NCBI GenBank assembly: GCA_003208875.1 | Contig: QCUR01000005.1 | Span: 32,001 to 96,000 of the forward strand | DNA length: 64,000 nucleotides | Direction of reading: 5' to 3' | Source: Prochlorococcus sp. AG-679-M23 | GTDB taxonomy: Bacteria > Cyanobacteriota > Cyanobacteriia > PCC-6307 > Cyanobiaceae | Part shown: one piece after another, positions 17,064 through 25,023 of the stretch | How positions within the stretch are numbered: the first letter of the stretch is position 1 | Layout of the letters: each line of letters begins with the position of its first letter | Translations under genes and position numbers: made by a program | The notes under the pieces: generated by a model | Told to the model about the DNA's origin: nothing | Seen by the model: only the letters and a program-made list of their open reading frames with translations | The model's database searches: none

Positions 17064-18248
17064 TTAGTGAATAAACTCTAATAAATTATTATTACTTATA
17101 TTATATTTAACTTTATAAATTTTATTAGTATATGTTTCTACAGAAATAAAGAGTACAATTAATAGTTCCAATGAATATTCTGGAAAGTATACTAAAGCAA
17201 TACCTTTTTTATTATTTATCCATTTTATAAATATTATTTTATGAGATGTTTTTATTTCATTCTTAAAGAATATATTTAAATATTTTAATTTATCATTTTT
17301 ATAAATATTATTATTTTCTAATTGTTTAATCTTTGTGATATCTATTAATTCATTAATCTTATTCTGACTTAATCTCTCAATATTATTTATACTATTAAAA
17401 ACTTGTCTTTGAACAATTAAATCCAAATATCTTCTTAGTGGTGAAGTACATTGAGTATACTTAAGGAGACCTAACGATTCATGTTTATTTGCCTTAGTAG
17501 TAATATAACTTTTACCCATATATTGCTTTAATATTGAATATTTTATATCACTATCTTTGTATCTTTCTAATATCTCGTTTGCATCACAATTAATTTTATG
17601 TGTTCTGTAGGGAGTAGCTATATTATTTTCAAATAAATATAAACTAGTGACATAACCCATTAGTATCATTGATTCAGAAACTATTGAATGCGAAATATAT
17701 TTTTGTATATTATTAATTTCAACATTACCATTTTTAATATTAATTTTATAACCTGGAGTATCAAAAATAATTGCTCCTTGTTTTTTTCGATAATTAATAC
17801 TTTTAAGTAATAAATTCTTAATTTCAACTATCTCAAATTCTTCTTTAGGTTCTAATTCAATAATTTCTTCTGCATCTTCATATAATAATTGATATTTTGG
17901 TTTTATTTTTGCCTCTACTATTTCATATTTATTTATTGAACCATCATCATTAAAGATAATTGAGGCACTTATTGTATCTGAAACTTTATTTTGATTTAAA
18001 TTTGCTTTTTCTATAATCTCAGCTGGCAGCATAGGAATATATTGATTAATTAAGTAGAGGCTGCTACTTTTACTTCTTGCATCAATATCAATTTTTGAAT
18101 CTTGTAAAAATAATTTGCATGGATTGCTTATATGTATCCATAATTTTTTTTTGTTTCCTTCAATTAATTCCAAGGAAAAAGCATCATCAACTTCTTTTGG
18201 ATCTTTAGAATCGATTATAAAAGTTTTTAAATTAGTTAAATCTCTCAA
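17064..18248 (-). CDS. RNB catalytic-domain ribonuclease (RNase II-like, short)
   Basis: IDSKDPKEVDDAFS, SLYL..PMLP, H.SLGL..YTQCTSPLRRYLDLIVQRQ. Confidence 0.88.
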   Translation of the reverse strand: MRDLTNLKTFIIDSKDPKEVDDAFSLELIEGNKKKLWIHISNPCKLFLQDSKIDIDARSKSSSLYLINQYIPMLPAEIIEKANLNQNKVSDTISASIIFNDDGSINKYEIVEAKIKPKYQLLYEDAEEIIELEPKEEFEIVEIKNLLLKSINYRKKQGAIIFDTPGYKINIKNGNVEINNIQKYISHSIVSESMILMGYVTSLYLFENNIATPYRTHKINCDANEILERYKDSDIKYSILKQYMGKSYITTKANKHESLGLLKYTQCTSPLRRYLDLIVQRQVFNSINNIERLSQNKINELIDITKIKQLENNNIYKNDKLKYLNIFFKNEIKTSHKIIFIKWINNKKGIALVYFPEYSLELLIVLFISVETYTNKIYKVKYNISNNNLLEFIH

Positions 18249-18287
18249 ATATTTAAAATATTATTCAAATAACTATTATTTATAAAA

Positions 18288-18509
18288 TTATCCTTCAGGG
18301 TTAACAAATGGCAATAAAGCAACGATTCTTGCTCTTTTTACTGCCAATGTTAAATCTCTTTGTTGTTTGGAGGTCAATCCAGTCATTCTTCTTGGTAATA
18401 TTTTTCCTCTTTCAGTTATGAATTTTTTAAGAAGCTCAACGTCTTTATAATCGATTGGGTCACCAGGTTTAATTGGGGATAGTTGTTTTTTAAAAATAGA
18501 ATTTGGCAT
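18288..18509 (-). CDS. rpsR: 30S ribosomal protein S18
   Basis: [23 protein letters not shown]. Confidence 0.98.
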   Translation of the reverse strand: MPNSIFKKQLSPIKPGDPIDYKDVELLKKFITERGKILPRRMTGLTSKQQRDLTLAVKRARIVALLPFVNPEG

Positions 18510-18517
18510 TTTTTTTC

Positions 18518-18712
18518 TTATTTAATTTCTTTGTGAATTGTCATTTTGTTTAGATGTGGATTGAATTTTTTAAGTTCTAATCTTTCAGTAGTATTCCTTT
18601 TGTTTTTTTCAGTTGTATATCTGGAAACACCATTAGATCTTCTTGGTTCTGAACTTGTTCTAGCTTCAGTACATTCTAAGGTTACGACAACTCTTGTACC
18701 TTTTTTGGCCAT
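18518..18712 (-). CDS. rpmG: 50S ribosomal protein L33
   Basis: [16 protein letters not shown]...[18 protein letters not shown]; real start ATG at 18712. Confidence 0.97.
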   Translation of the reverse strand: MAKKGTRVVVTLECTEARTSSEPRRSNGVSRYTTEKNKRNTTERLELKKFNPHLNKMTIHKEIK

Positions 18713-18813
18713 TTTGATTAATACGTTGTTGTATAATTTTCTATTGTACAACTTCAAGAAACTATTTTGCATATATTTGCTTTTCTTTTAGTATCATTAG
18801 ACAAAAATAATTA

Positions 18814-21279
18814 ATGAAGGTCTCTCAGAATTGGTTGAAATCCCTTGTAGAAATAAATACTACAGCAGACGATTTATCTGAAAAACTATCAATAGGTGGT
18901 TTCGAAGTTGAGTCACTTGTTGATTGTTCAGAAAATGTAAAAGGTATAGTTCTTGGAAAGGTTTTGTCGGTAGTCAAGCATGAGAATTCAGATAAGTTAT
19001 CTATATGCATTGTTGACATTGGAAGGTCTAATACTTTACAGATAGTTTGTGGAGCAAAAAATGTAAAGCAAAATATATATGTTTATGTAGCTACTGTTGG
19101 TACGCATTTAAGTGCTATAAATTTAACTATTAAAAAAAGTGAAATAAGAGGTGTTTCTAGTGAAGGAATGATTTGTTCGCTTGAAGAATTAGGAATAGAA
19201 GATACAAGTGAAGGAATCGCCATTATTGATGAGGATTTAGCCTTAAATCATAAATTAGGGACATCAGGAGCTGAAATACTTAATCTAAACGACTATATCT
19301 ACGATTTAGCAATTACTGCAAATAGACCTGATGGTATGTCTGTTGTTGGCATCGCAAGAGAAATATCTGCTCTTTTGGAAACTAAGTTAAACTTTCCAGA
19401 TTTAAAAACTAAGTATAAAACAAATGTTTATAGAGATTTTAATCTTTGCCCTGAGGCAATCACAAAAAATTGTCTTTATTCCATTAGCAATATTGAGTCC
19501 GTCAATGGGAAGCAATTATCTCCGGGATGGCTCAAAGATCGTTTATATAAATCAGGAATTAAATCTATCAATCTTTTGGTAGACATAACTAACTACATTC
19601 TTTTAGAACAAGGACAACCATTACATGCTTTTGATAAAGACAAATTATCTAAATTAATCGGCCGAAAGGTTTCATATAACGATTTCTCGGTTAGAAAGGC
19701 ATATAATAATGAAAATCTTTTGTGTCTGAATGGTGAGAATTATAAATTAAATGAAAATATAACTATCATCGCTTGTGACAACAAACCAGTCGCTATAGCG
19801 GGTGTAATTGGTGGTTTGGAAACAGCTGTAAATGAGGACACTTCTTCAATATATCTTGAAGGAGCAGTTTTTAATCCTGTCACGATAAGAAAGTCATCAA
19901 AAGAAATTGGAATTAGAACGGAATCTAGTAGTAGATATGAAAAAGGAATTTCTTATAAAAATACATTAGATTCAGTATCCCGTGCTATTAACATTTTAGA
20001 AGAATACTTTAATATTTTAAATCCAATAATCAATACTTCTAAAGAATTGGATTCCACAAAAATACTAATACCGTTGAGAAGAGAGAGAATTAATAAAATA
20101 CTTGGTCCAATTGTAATTAGAAATGAGAATTTCGATACTAATAGTAAATTAGAAAAAAGGTATTTATCAGATAATGAAATTTCGGAAAAATTAAAGCTAA
20201 TAGGTTGTACCTTAAACATAAAAGAATATGGATGGGATGTAGAAATTATTCCCAACAGGTCTCAAGATTTATTACGAGAAATTGATTTAATAGAGGAAAT
20301 TGCAAGATTAATTGGTTATGACATGTTTGATTTGAATTTACCAAATCCGATAAAACCAGGAAAGCTTTCTTCATCTCAAATAGCATTAAGGAAGTTAAAA
20401 ACGGGATTAATAGTAAGTGGATTTAACGAAGTATTGTCTTATTCTCTTGTTCCAGAAAGTAAGAATAATTTAATCAAGATTTCAAATCCTTTACTCTTGG
20501 AAACAAGTTGTTTAAGAGATAATATTTGGCAAGAACATATTAAAATATGTAATCAAAATATTAAGTCAGGACATGATTATTGTTGGATATTTGAAGTTGG
20601 AAATATTTTCAGTAAAAAACCTGATTTTTCACAAGAAGAAATCCTAAATGGAGCTCTCTATGGAAAAAATAAATTTGAACAATGGTTAGATTCAAATAAA
20701 GATAGTAATTTGACCTATTACGAGGCAAGAGGAAAGTTAAAGGAAGCATTATCAATATTAAATTTAAAAATAGAAGATAGATCAACAGATACGATAGATT
20801 TTCTTCATCCAGGCAGATCCTCTAAATTATTTACCGAAGGTAACGAAGTCGGATATTTTGGTGAGATTCATCCAAATTTAATATCTAACAAAATAGCATT
20901 AAAAAAACTGTATTTATTTAGTTTAAACATAAATAATATCTTAAAAGCCAGCACTAGACAAAATAAATGGATAACAGTTTATAAACAATTCCCAACAGTT
21001 CCCAAAATGGAACGTGATATTAATTTTATATTCAATAAAAAATACTTAGTAAGTGAGATAATTTCACAAATAAAAAAATCTGGTAAAAAATTATTAGAAG
21101 ATGTTAATTTAATAGATGTTTATGATGATGATAGTTTTGGTAAAGAATTAATAAGCTACACATTTAGATTATCTTATAGAGATTCTGAAAAAACATTATT
21201 AGATTCTGACATTGCATTTCTTCACGATAGTATTGTTGAAAATATTGAAAAAAAATTCTCCACTAAATTAAGAGATTAA
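18814..21279 (+). CDS. pheT: Phenylalanine--tRNA ligase beta subunit
   Basis: IVCGA, SEGMICS, TANRPD, GQPLHAFD, DLIEEIARLIGY, FDX-ACB C-terminus. Confidence 0.98.
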   Translation: MKVSQNWLKSLVEINTTADDLSEKLSIGGFEVESLVDCSENVKGIVLGKVLSVVKHENSDKLSICIVDIGRSNTLQIVCGAKNVKQNIYVYVATVGTHLSAINLTIKKSEIRGVSSEGMICSLEELGIEDTSEGIAIIDEDLALNHKLGTSGAEILNLNDYIYDLAITANRPDGMSVVGIAREISALLETKLNFPDLKTKYKTNVYRDFNLCPEAITKNCLYSISNIESVNGKQLSPGWLKDRLYKSGIKSINLLVDITNYILLEQGQPLHAFDKDKLSKLIGRKVSYNDFSVRKAYNNENLLCLNGENYKLNENITIIACDNKPVAIAGVIGGLETAVNEDTSSIYLEGAVFNPVTIRKSSKEIGIRTESSSRYEKGISYKNTLDSVSRAINILEEYFNILNPIINTSKELDSTKILIPLRRERINKILGPIVIRNENFDTNSKLEKRYLSDNEISEKLKLIGCTLNIKEYGWDVEIIPNRSQDLLREIDLIEEIARLIGYDMFDLNLPNPIKPGKLSSSQIALRKLKTGLIVSGFNEVLSYSLVPESKNNLIKISNPLLLETSCLRDNIWQEHIKICNQNIKSGHDYCWIFEVGNIFSKKPDFSQEEILNGALYGKNKFEQWLDSNKDSNLTYYEARGKLKEALSILNLKIEDRSTDTIDFLHPGRSSKLFTEGNEVGYFGEIHPNLISNKIALKKLYLFSLNINNILKASTRQNKWITVYKQFPTVPKMERDINFIFNKKYLVSEIISQIKKSGKKLLEDVNLIDVYDDDSFGKELISYTFRLSYRDSEKTLLDSDIAFLHDSIVENIEKKFSTKLRD

Positions 21280-21291
21280 TTGTATCACTAT

Positions 21292-21338
21292 TCTCATCCT
21301 AGACTTATTAATTGTCTGTAATTAAGTCTTATATGAGA
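21292..21338 (-). repeat. 47-bp bipartite element, copy 1 (inverted relative to copies 2 and 3)
   Basis: Reverse complement TCTCATATAAGA-CTTAATTAC-AGAC-AATTAATAAG-TCTAGGATGAGA. Confidence 0.8.
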
Positions 21339-21384
21339 CGGTTAGTATTCGTGTAAATCTAAATCATCATATATAATATTAACT

Positions 21385-21633
21385 ATGATTAATATCCTCT
21401 CATTATTAATATCTTCCGTCCTTTGGGTGCAAGTTCCTCAATGGTCTGATGATTGGTCTAAATGCGCTGTAGATGTACCAGATTCATCATGCCATTGGTA
21501 CATTACAGCACCTGATAATACTTTTGGAGATGGATTTGATTGGGCAAGCGCACCGTGGTTTGATGCAAATGGCTTGAGTGATGTTCCAAGCATTGAGAGA
21601 GAAACAGCCCTCCAAAAGCTTCAGACTCAGTAG
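21385..21633 (+). CDS. Trp/Asp-rich exported hypothetical protein (82 aa)
   Basis: Hydrophobic N-terminus, WVQVPQWSDDWSKC..C HWY..APDNTFG.GFDW..APWF. Confidence 0.8.
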   Translation: MINILSLLISSVLWVQVPQWSDDWSKCAVDVPDSSCHWYITAPDNTFGDGFDWASAPWFDANGLSDVPSIERETALQKLQTQ

Positions 21634-21757
21634 TACTGTCTTAAAGGCAGCTCTACATCATTAAAACTCTTGTTATATTAGTGTTTTTAGCTCAATAATT
21701 GAAGATTGGACAAACAAAGGACAATAATTTATAAAATTAAACTTTATATATTGATTT

Positions 21758-21804
21758 TCTTATTTAAGATTCATTAATAGACTATTTATAAGTCTTGTAT
21801 GAGA
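21758..21804 (+). repeat. 47-bp bipartite element, copy 2
   Basis: TCTTATTTAAGA-TTCATTAAT-AGAC-TATTTATAAG-TCTTGTATGAGA. Confidence 0.8.
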
Positions 21805-21877
21805 CTAGTAATACTTTCTTTAAATTTTTTTCTACTCTCATACGTAGGGAGGGGGTGCAAAACTGTATTTTATTAAT

Positions 21878-21889
21878 TCTTATACAAGA
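21878..21889. repeat. Solo palindromic box of the same family
   Basis: TCTTATACAAGA; half box TCTCATAC at 21836. Confidence 0.6.
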
Positions 21890-22006
21890 AAGTTAAAACT
21901 TCAATATTTTTATTTAATATTTGATATGCATTATTCACTTTTAAATACTCTGAAAAGCAAGAATCAATTTTTAAAGAATTATAAAATTAAGTTTTTATCT
22001 TTTAAA

Positions 22007-22053
22007 TCTTATATAAGACTTTTTATTAGACCTAGTTTAAGTCTCATATAAGA
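22007..22053 (+). repeat. 47-bp bipartite element, copy 3
   Basis: TCTTATATAAGA-CTTTTTATT-AGAC-CTAGTTTAAG-TCTCATATAAGA. Confidence 0.85.
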
Positions 22054-22062
22054 ATAATAATA

Positions 22063-23076
22063 CTATCTTCTATACATGTTTTTAAGCAGTTGATATGCAT
22101 CATTTAATTTCCTCATCTCATCAGTAGATCCACCAGAATCTGGATGGGTTTCTAAAGCTTTAATTTTATATGCTTCTCGTATTTTATTTAATGTATGTGC
22201 TGACCCTGCGGCGGTAGATAACTTTAATAATTTTAGAGCTCCATGAACAGTCATTGTTGAATCAAGTGCTTCAAATGAATTTCCTTTATTTTTTCTTTTA
22301 AACCTACTTATAAATCTTCTTACTAATGTTGGGACCCTATTTATTAAATCAGATGTTGCAAATGGATCTTCTAATACACCTATCATTAAAATAACTAACT
22401 CTAAGGAGGGAGTTTGTTTTATCCAAAAAGGGCATAAATCCGACATTAATTTATTTGCGGCACTCCAAGTGAATGGCAACTGCTCAGTTCCATCAATATT
22501 TGGCCAAATATCTATACAAAACCAATCAATAGATGCTTCTATTACTTGTTCATTTGGAATTGATCCATATAGGTTTTTCCAATGGCTTATAATTTCAATT
22601 CGACATTTAATTAAATCATTTTCCTTAATAGTATTAATTTGAATATCATTAATTTTTTGTTTTGTCTTTTCAATGTTTATACTTCTTCTCAGATTTTTAA
22701 CTTTATTTCCAACAAAATTAGGTAGGTTGATGTTTAAGTTTGGTTTTTCAATAACCTCTTTATTATTTAAAAGAAGTTTTTCTTCGGATTCTGTACTAGT
22801 ACTCTCATCCTTATCAGATTTAATAAGGACTAAAGCACTCTTCTCATCAAAGTTAGAGTATTCATTAATATTACTCTTTTCGCTGTAATCAATTGTCTGT
22901 TGTTGACTTTTAGGTAATAATTCTTCTTCTTGAAGAATTTCGGTAAGCAACTTTTCTATTACAGGTCCTCTTGCTCTAAAACCCCATTCTTTTCGTAATT
23001 GATCAAACCTAGAAACTAACTCTTCTGGCAAATCAATTGAAATTCTTTTTGTATTTGAATTCTCAGAATTACTCAA
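22063..23076 (-). CDS. RHH-like DNA-binding domain + C-terminal J-domain protein
   Basis: N-term KRISIDLPEELVSRFDQLRKEWGFRARGPVIEKLL; C-term IREAYKIKALETHPDSGGSTDEMRKLNDAYQLLK. Confidence 0.85.
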   Translation of the reverse strand: MSNSENSNTKRISIDLPEELVSRFDQLRKEWGFRARGPVIEKLLTEILQEEELLPKSQQQTIDYSEKSNINEYSNFDEKSALVLIKSDKDESTSTESEEKLLLNNKEVIEKPNLNINLPNFVGNKVKNLRRSINIEKTKQKINDIQINTIKENDLIKCRIEIISHWKNLYGSIPNEQVIEASIDWFCIDIWPNIDGTEQLPFTWSAANKLMSDLCPFWIKQTPSLELVILMIGVLEDPFATSDLINRVPTLVRRFISRFKRKNKGNSFEALDSTMTVHGALKLLKLSTAAGSAHTLNKIREAYKIKALETHPDSGGSTDEMRKLNDAYQLLKNMYRR

Positions 23077-23221
23077 TTAATCATTTTTTTTTATAATAGA
23101 ACAAAAATATTAATTGTATTCATATTATGAAAGTCTAAATAAATATATTGTCTTTAAATCAAAATCTTGCTTTTTATAAGTCACGTCTCAACAAAATAAA
23201 TTTTTATAATAATGATAAAAA

Positions 23222-23398
23222 ATGTTTTACTGTAACTTTAAATCCTCAGAAGAAAAAAAGTCTTTTTATCAAAAAAAGAAATTAGAAATGCTTAATTACA
23301 TAAAGGATTCTCTTGAAAGAAAAATTGCATCAGTAAATGCTTCAATAGAGGTTCTAGAAAATCAAATATCCAGAGACAAAGTTGAAGTTAGTAGTTAA
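23222..23398 (+). CDS. Small coiled-coil hypothetical protein (58 aa)
   Basis: Manual translation MFYCNFKSSEEKKSFYQKKKLEMLNYIKDSLERKIASVNASIEVLENQISRDKVEVSS; TATAAT at 23205. Confidence 0.7.
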   Translation: MFYCNFKSSEEKKSFYQKKKLEMLNYIKDSLERKIASVNASIEVLENQISRDKVEVSS

Positions 23399-23400
23399 TT

Positions 23401-24231
23401 TTAAACAAAATTTTCAAGAAGTTTCTCTGGTCCATATTTCTTTAAATAATTAATATTAGATTTTTCTGTGACTAATAAATATCCTGCAAAACCCAGCCCA
23501 TTAACACTAAAGCCATGCACGTGATCATACTTTCTTTTAATTATGGCTATCCAATTATTTGTAATTAAAATGTTGTAAGGAAATCTTGGTTTTTCATCAT
23601 CAATTGGATTTCCTAAACCAATCTTTTTTGAAAGTTCTAAGTATAAATTATAAATATTTATTGAATTATCTAAAAAGTTAAATTTTGAGACAACAGTATT
23701 TTTCTTAAGCTTGCTATCTTGATCATTATTATTTTCTAAATCTAAAAACCACTTCTCTCTTGGACAAATTATTTCACCATGATCTCTTCTTAAAAGTTGA
23801 AAATGCCTATGCGGTTGACTTGCTCCTGCTATAGGAGAACTATTAAAAAACCATAGGCCATTTGTATCTTTATTTACCATTTGTATAGCTAACCAATCAT
23901 CAATATCTAACCATCCATCTTGAGGTCTCCAAGTATTTGTTATTAATAAAATATGACCTTTTTGTACAGGATATTTATTTAGTATTAATTGATGATTAGT
24001 TCCAATTTTATCAACTTCAAGTATCTTATCCCACGGGTTAAATGGATTCTGATTTGGACCATAACTATTTTTTTTCTTAAATCTTGAAGTATCAAGTTCT
24101 CTAATTATAAAATCATTTTTATTGTAATATTCCCTAGTTACAACAGTCGTTTTTAAAGGAAATAAGCCATTATTGGTAATAGATAAATGAGTTTGATCTA
24201 ATGCTTTAACCCAATATTTTTCGCTTCTCAT
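23401..24231 (-). CDS. ATP adenylyltransferase / Ap4A phosphorylase
   Basis: NPF.P, LNKYPV..GH.LL.T, FFNS.P.AGASQPHRHFQ, NGLGFAG.LL. Confidence 0.9.
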   Translation of the reverse strand: MRSEKYWVKALDQTHLSITNNGLFPLKTTVVTREYYNKNDFIIRELDTSRFKKKNSYGPNQNPFNPWDKILEVDKIGTNHQLILNKYPVQKGHILLITNTWRPQDGWLDIDDWLAIQMVNKDTNGLWFFNSSPIAGASQPHRHFQLLRRDHGEIICPREKWFLDLENNNDQDSKLKKNTVVSKFNFLDNSINIYNLYLELSKKIGLGNPIDDEKPRFPYNILITNNWIAIIKRKYDHVHGFSVNGLGFAGYLLVTEKSNINYLKKYGPEKLLENFV

Positions 24232-24288
24232 TTATAAAAGTAGAAATAAATTCTCATAATCATTTTAAAAAAGATAATTAATTTGGAA

Positions 24289-24681
24289 TTACTTTTTATT
24301 AAATTGATATTCTTTTAATTTTTCTAACGATACAGATTCTAAAACTTTAATGTTTGTTGCTTCTAAAATCACCATAGGTGCTAAGCCATCAAGCAATGCC
24401 TGTCTCCACCTATCTAAACAAATACACCAATGATCTCCATCCTTCAAGCCTGGGAATGAATACATTGGCATAGGTGTTATTAAATCATTACCTTGAGACT
24501 TACTATATTTAAGGAAATTATCATCCATTATGCAGCAAATTGAATGATTTCCTCCATCATTTGAATCGTATTTGCAATATCCATCTCGAAACCATCCTGT
24601 AAGAGGTTTGCAGCTGCATACCTCGAGCTTTTTTCCTAAAACATTTAAATGTTCATTATTTTTTTGACTTTCTTTATTCAT
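24289..24681 (-). CDS. DUF2237-family protein
   Basis: NVLG..L..C..P.TGWFRDGYC, GNDL.TP.P..FPGLK.GD.WC.C..RW. Confidence 0.9.
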   Translation of the reverse strand: MNKESQKNNEHLNVLGKKLEVCSCKPLTGWFRDGYCKYDSNDGGNHSICCIMDDNFLKYSKSQGNDLITPMPMYSFPGLKDGDHWCICLDRWRQALLDGLAPMVILEATNIKVLESVSLEKLKEYQFNKK

Positions 24682-24789
24682 TTTTAGATAATTTATTTTA
24701 ATAATAATAAATACTCATACATTTCTTAAAAAAGGGTTGACGAATATGGGGGGTAAAGAGGTAATAATTTTAATAAGGTTTTTTTCAAT

Positions 24790-25011
24790 ATGGATTGGGA
24801 CTTCACTGAAAACATAGCATTTAAATCTCTAATTGAAGCTTTTAAAGAATGTGATGAAACATCAGCTACTGAATTCTTGGCGAGTGATGGAGCATCATAT
24901 TATTTAGAGTTAATTCAAGACGCTGCAGGTGATGGCATCGATATAAGTGATTCTGAAATTATGGAAGAACTTCAAGAAGATATTATAGATTATCTTGAAA
25001 ATAATCTATAA
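24790..25011 (+). CDS. Acidic hypothetical protein (73 aa)
   Basis: ORF track; D/E-rich, ATG start. Confidence 0.7.
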   Translation: MDWDFTENIAFKSLIEAFKECDETSATEFLASDGASYYLELIQDAAGDGIDISDSEIMEELQEDIIDYLENNL

Positions 25012-25023
25012 TCTAAAATTTAT

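Noticed and set aside
21292..22053. Repeat array as a CRISPR or as MITE/REP elements
   Set aside because: Irregular inter-unit distances (419 and 202 bp), mixed orientation, degenerate units, no cas genes, no target-site duplications.
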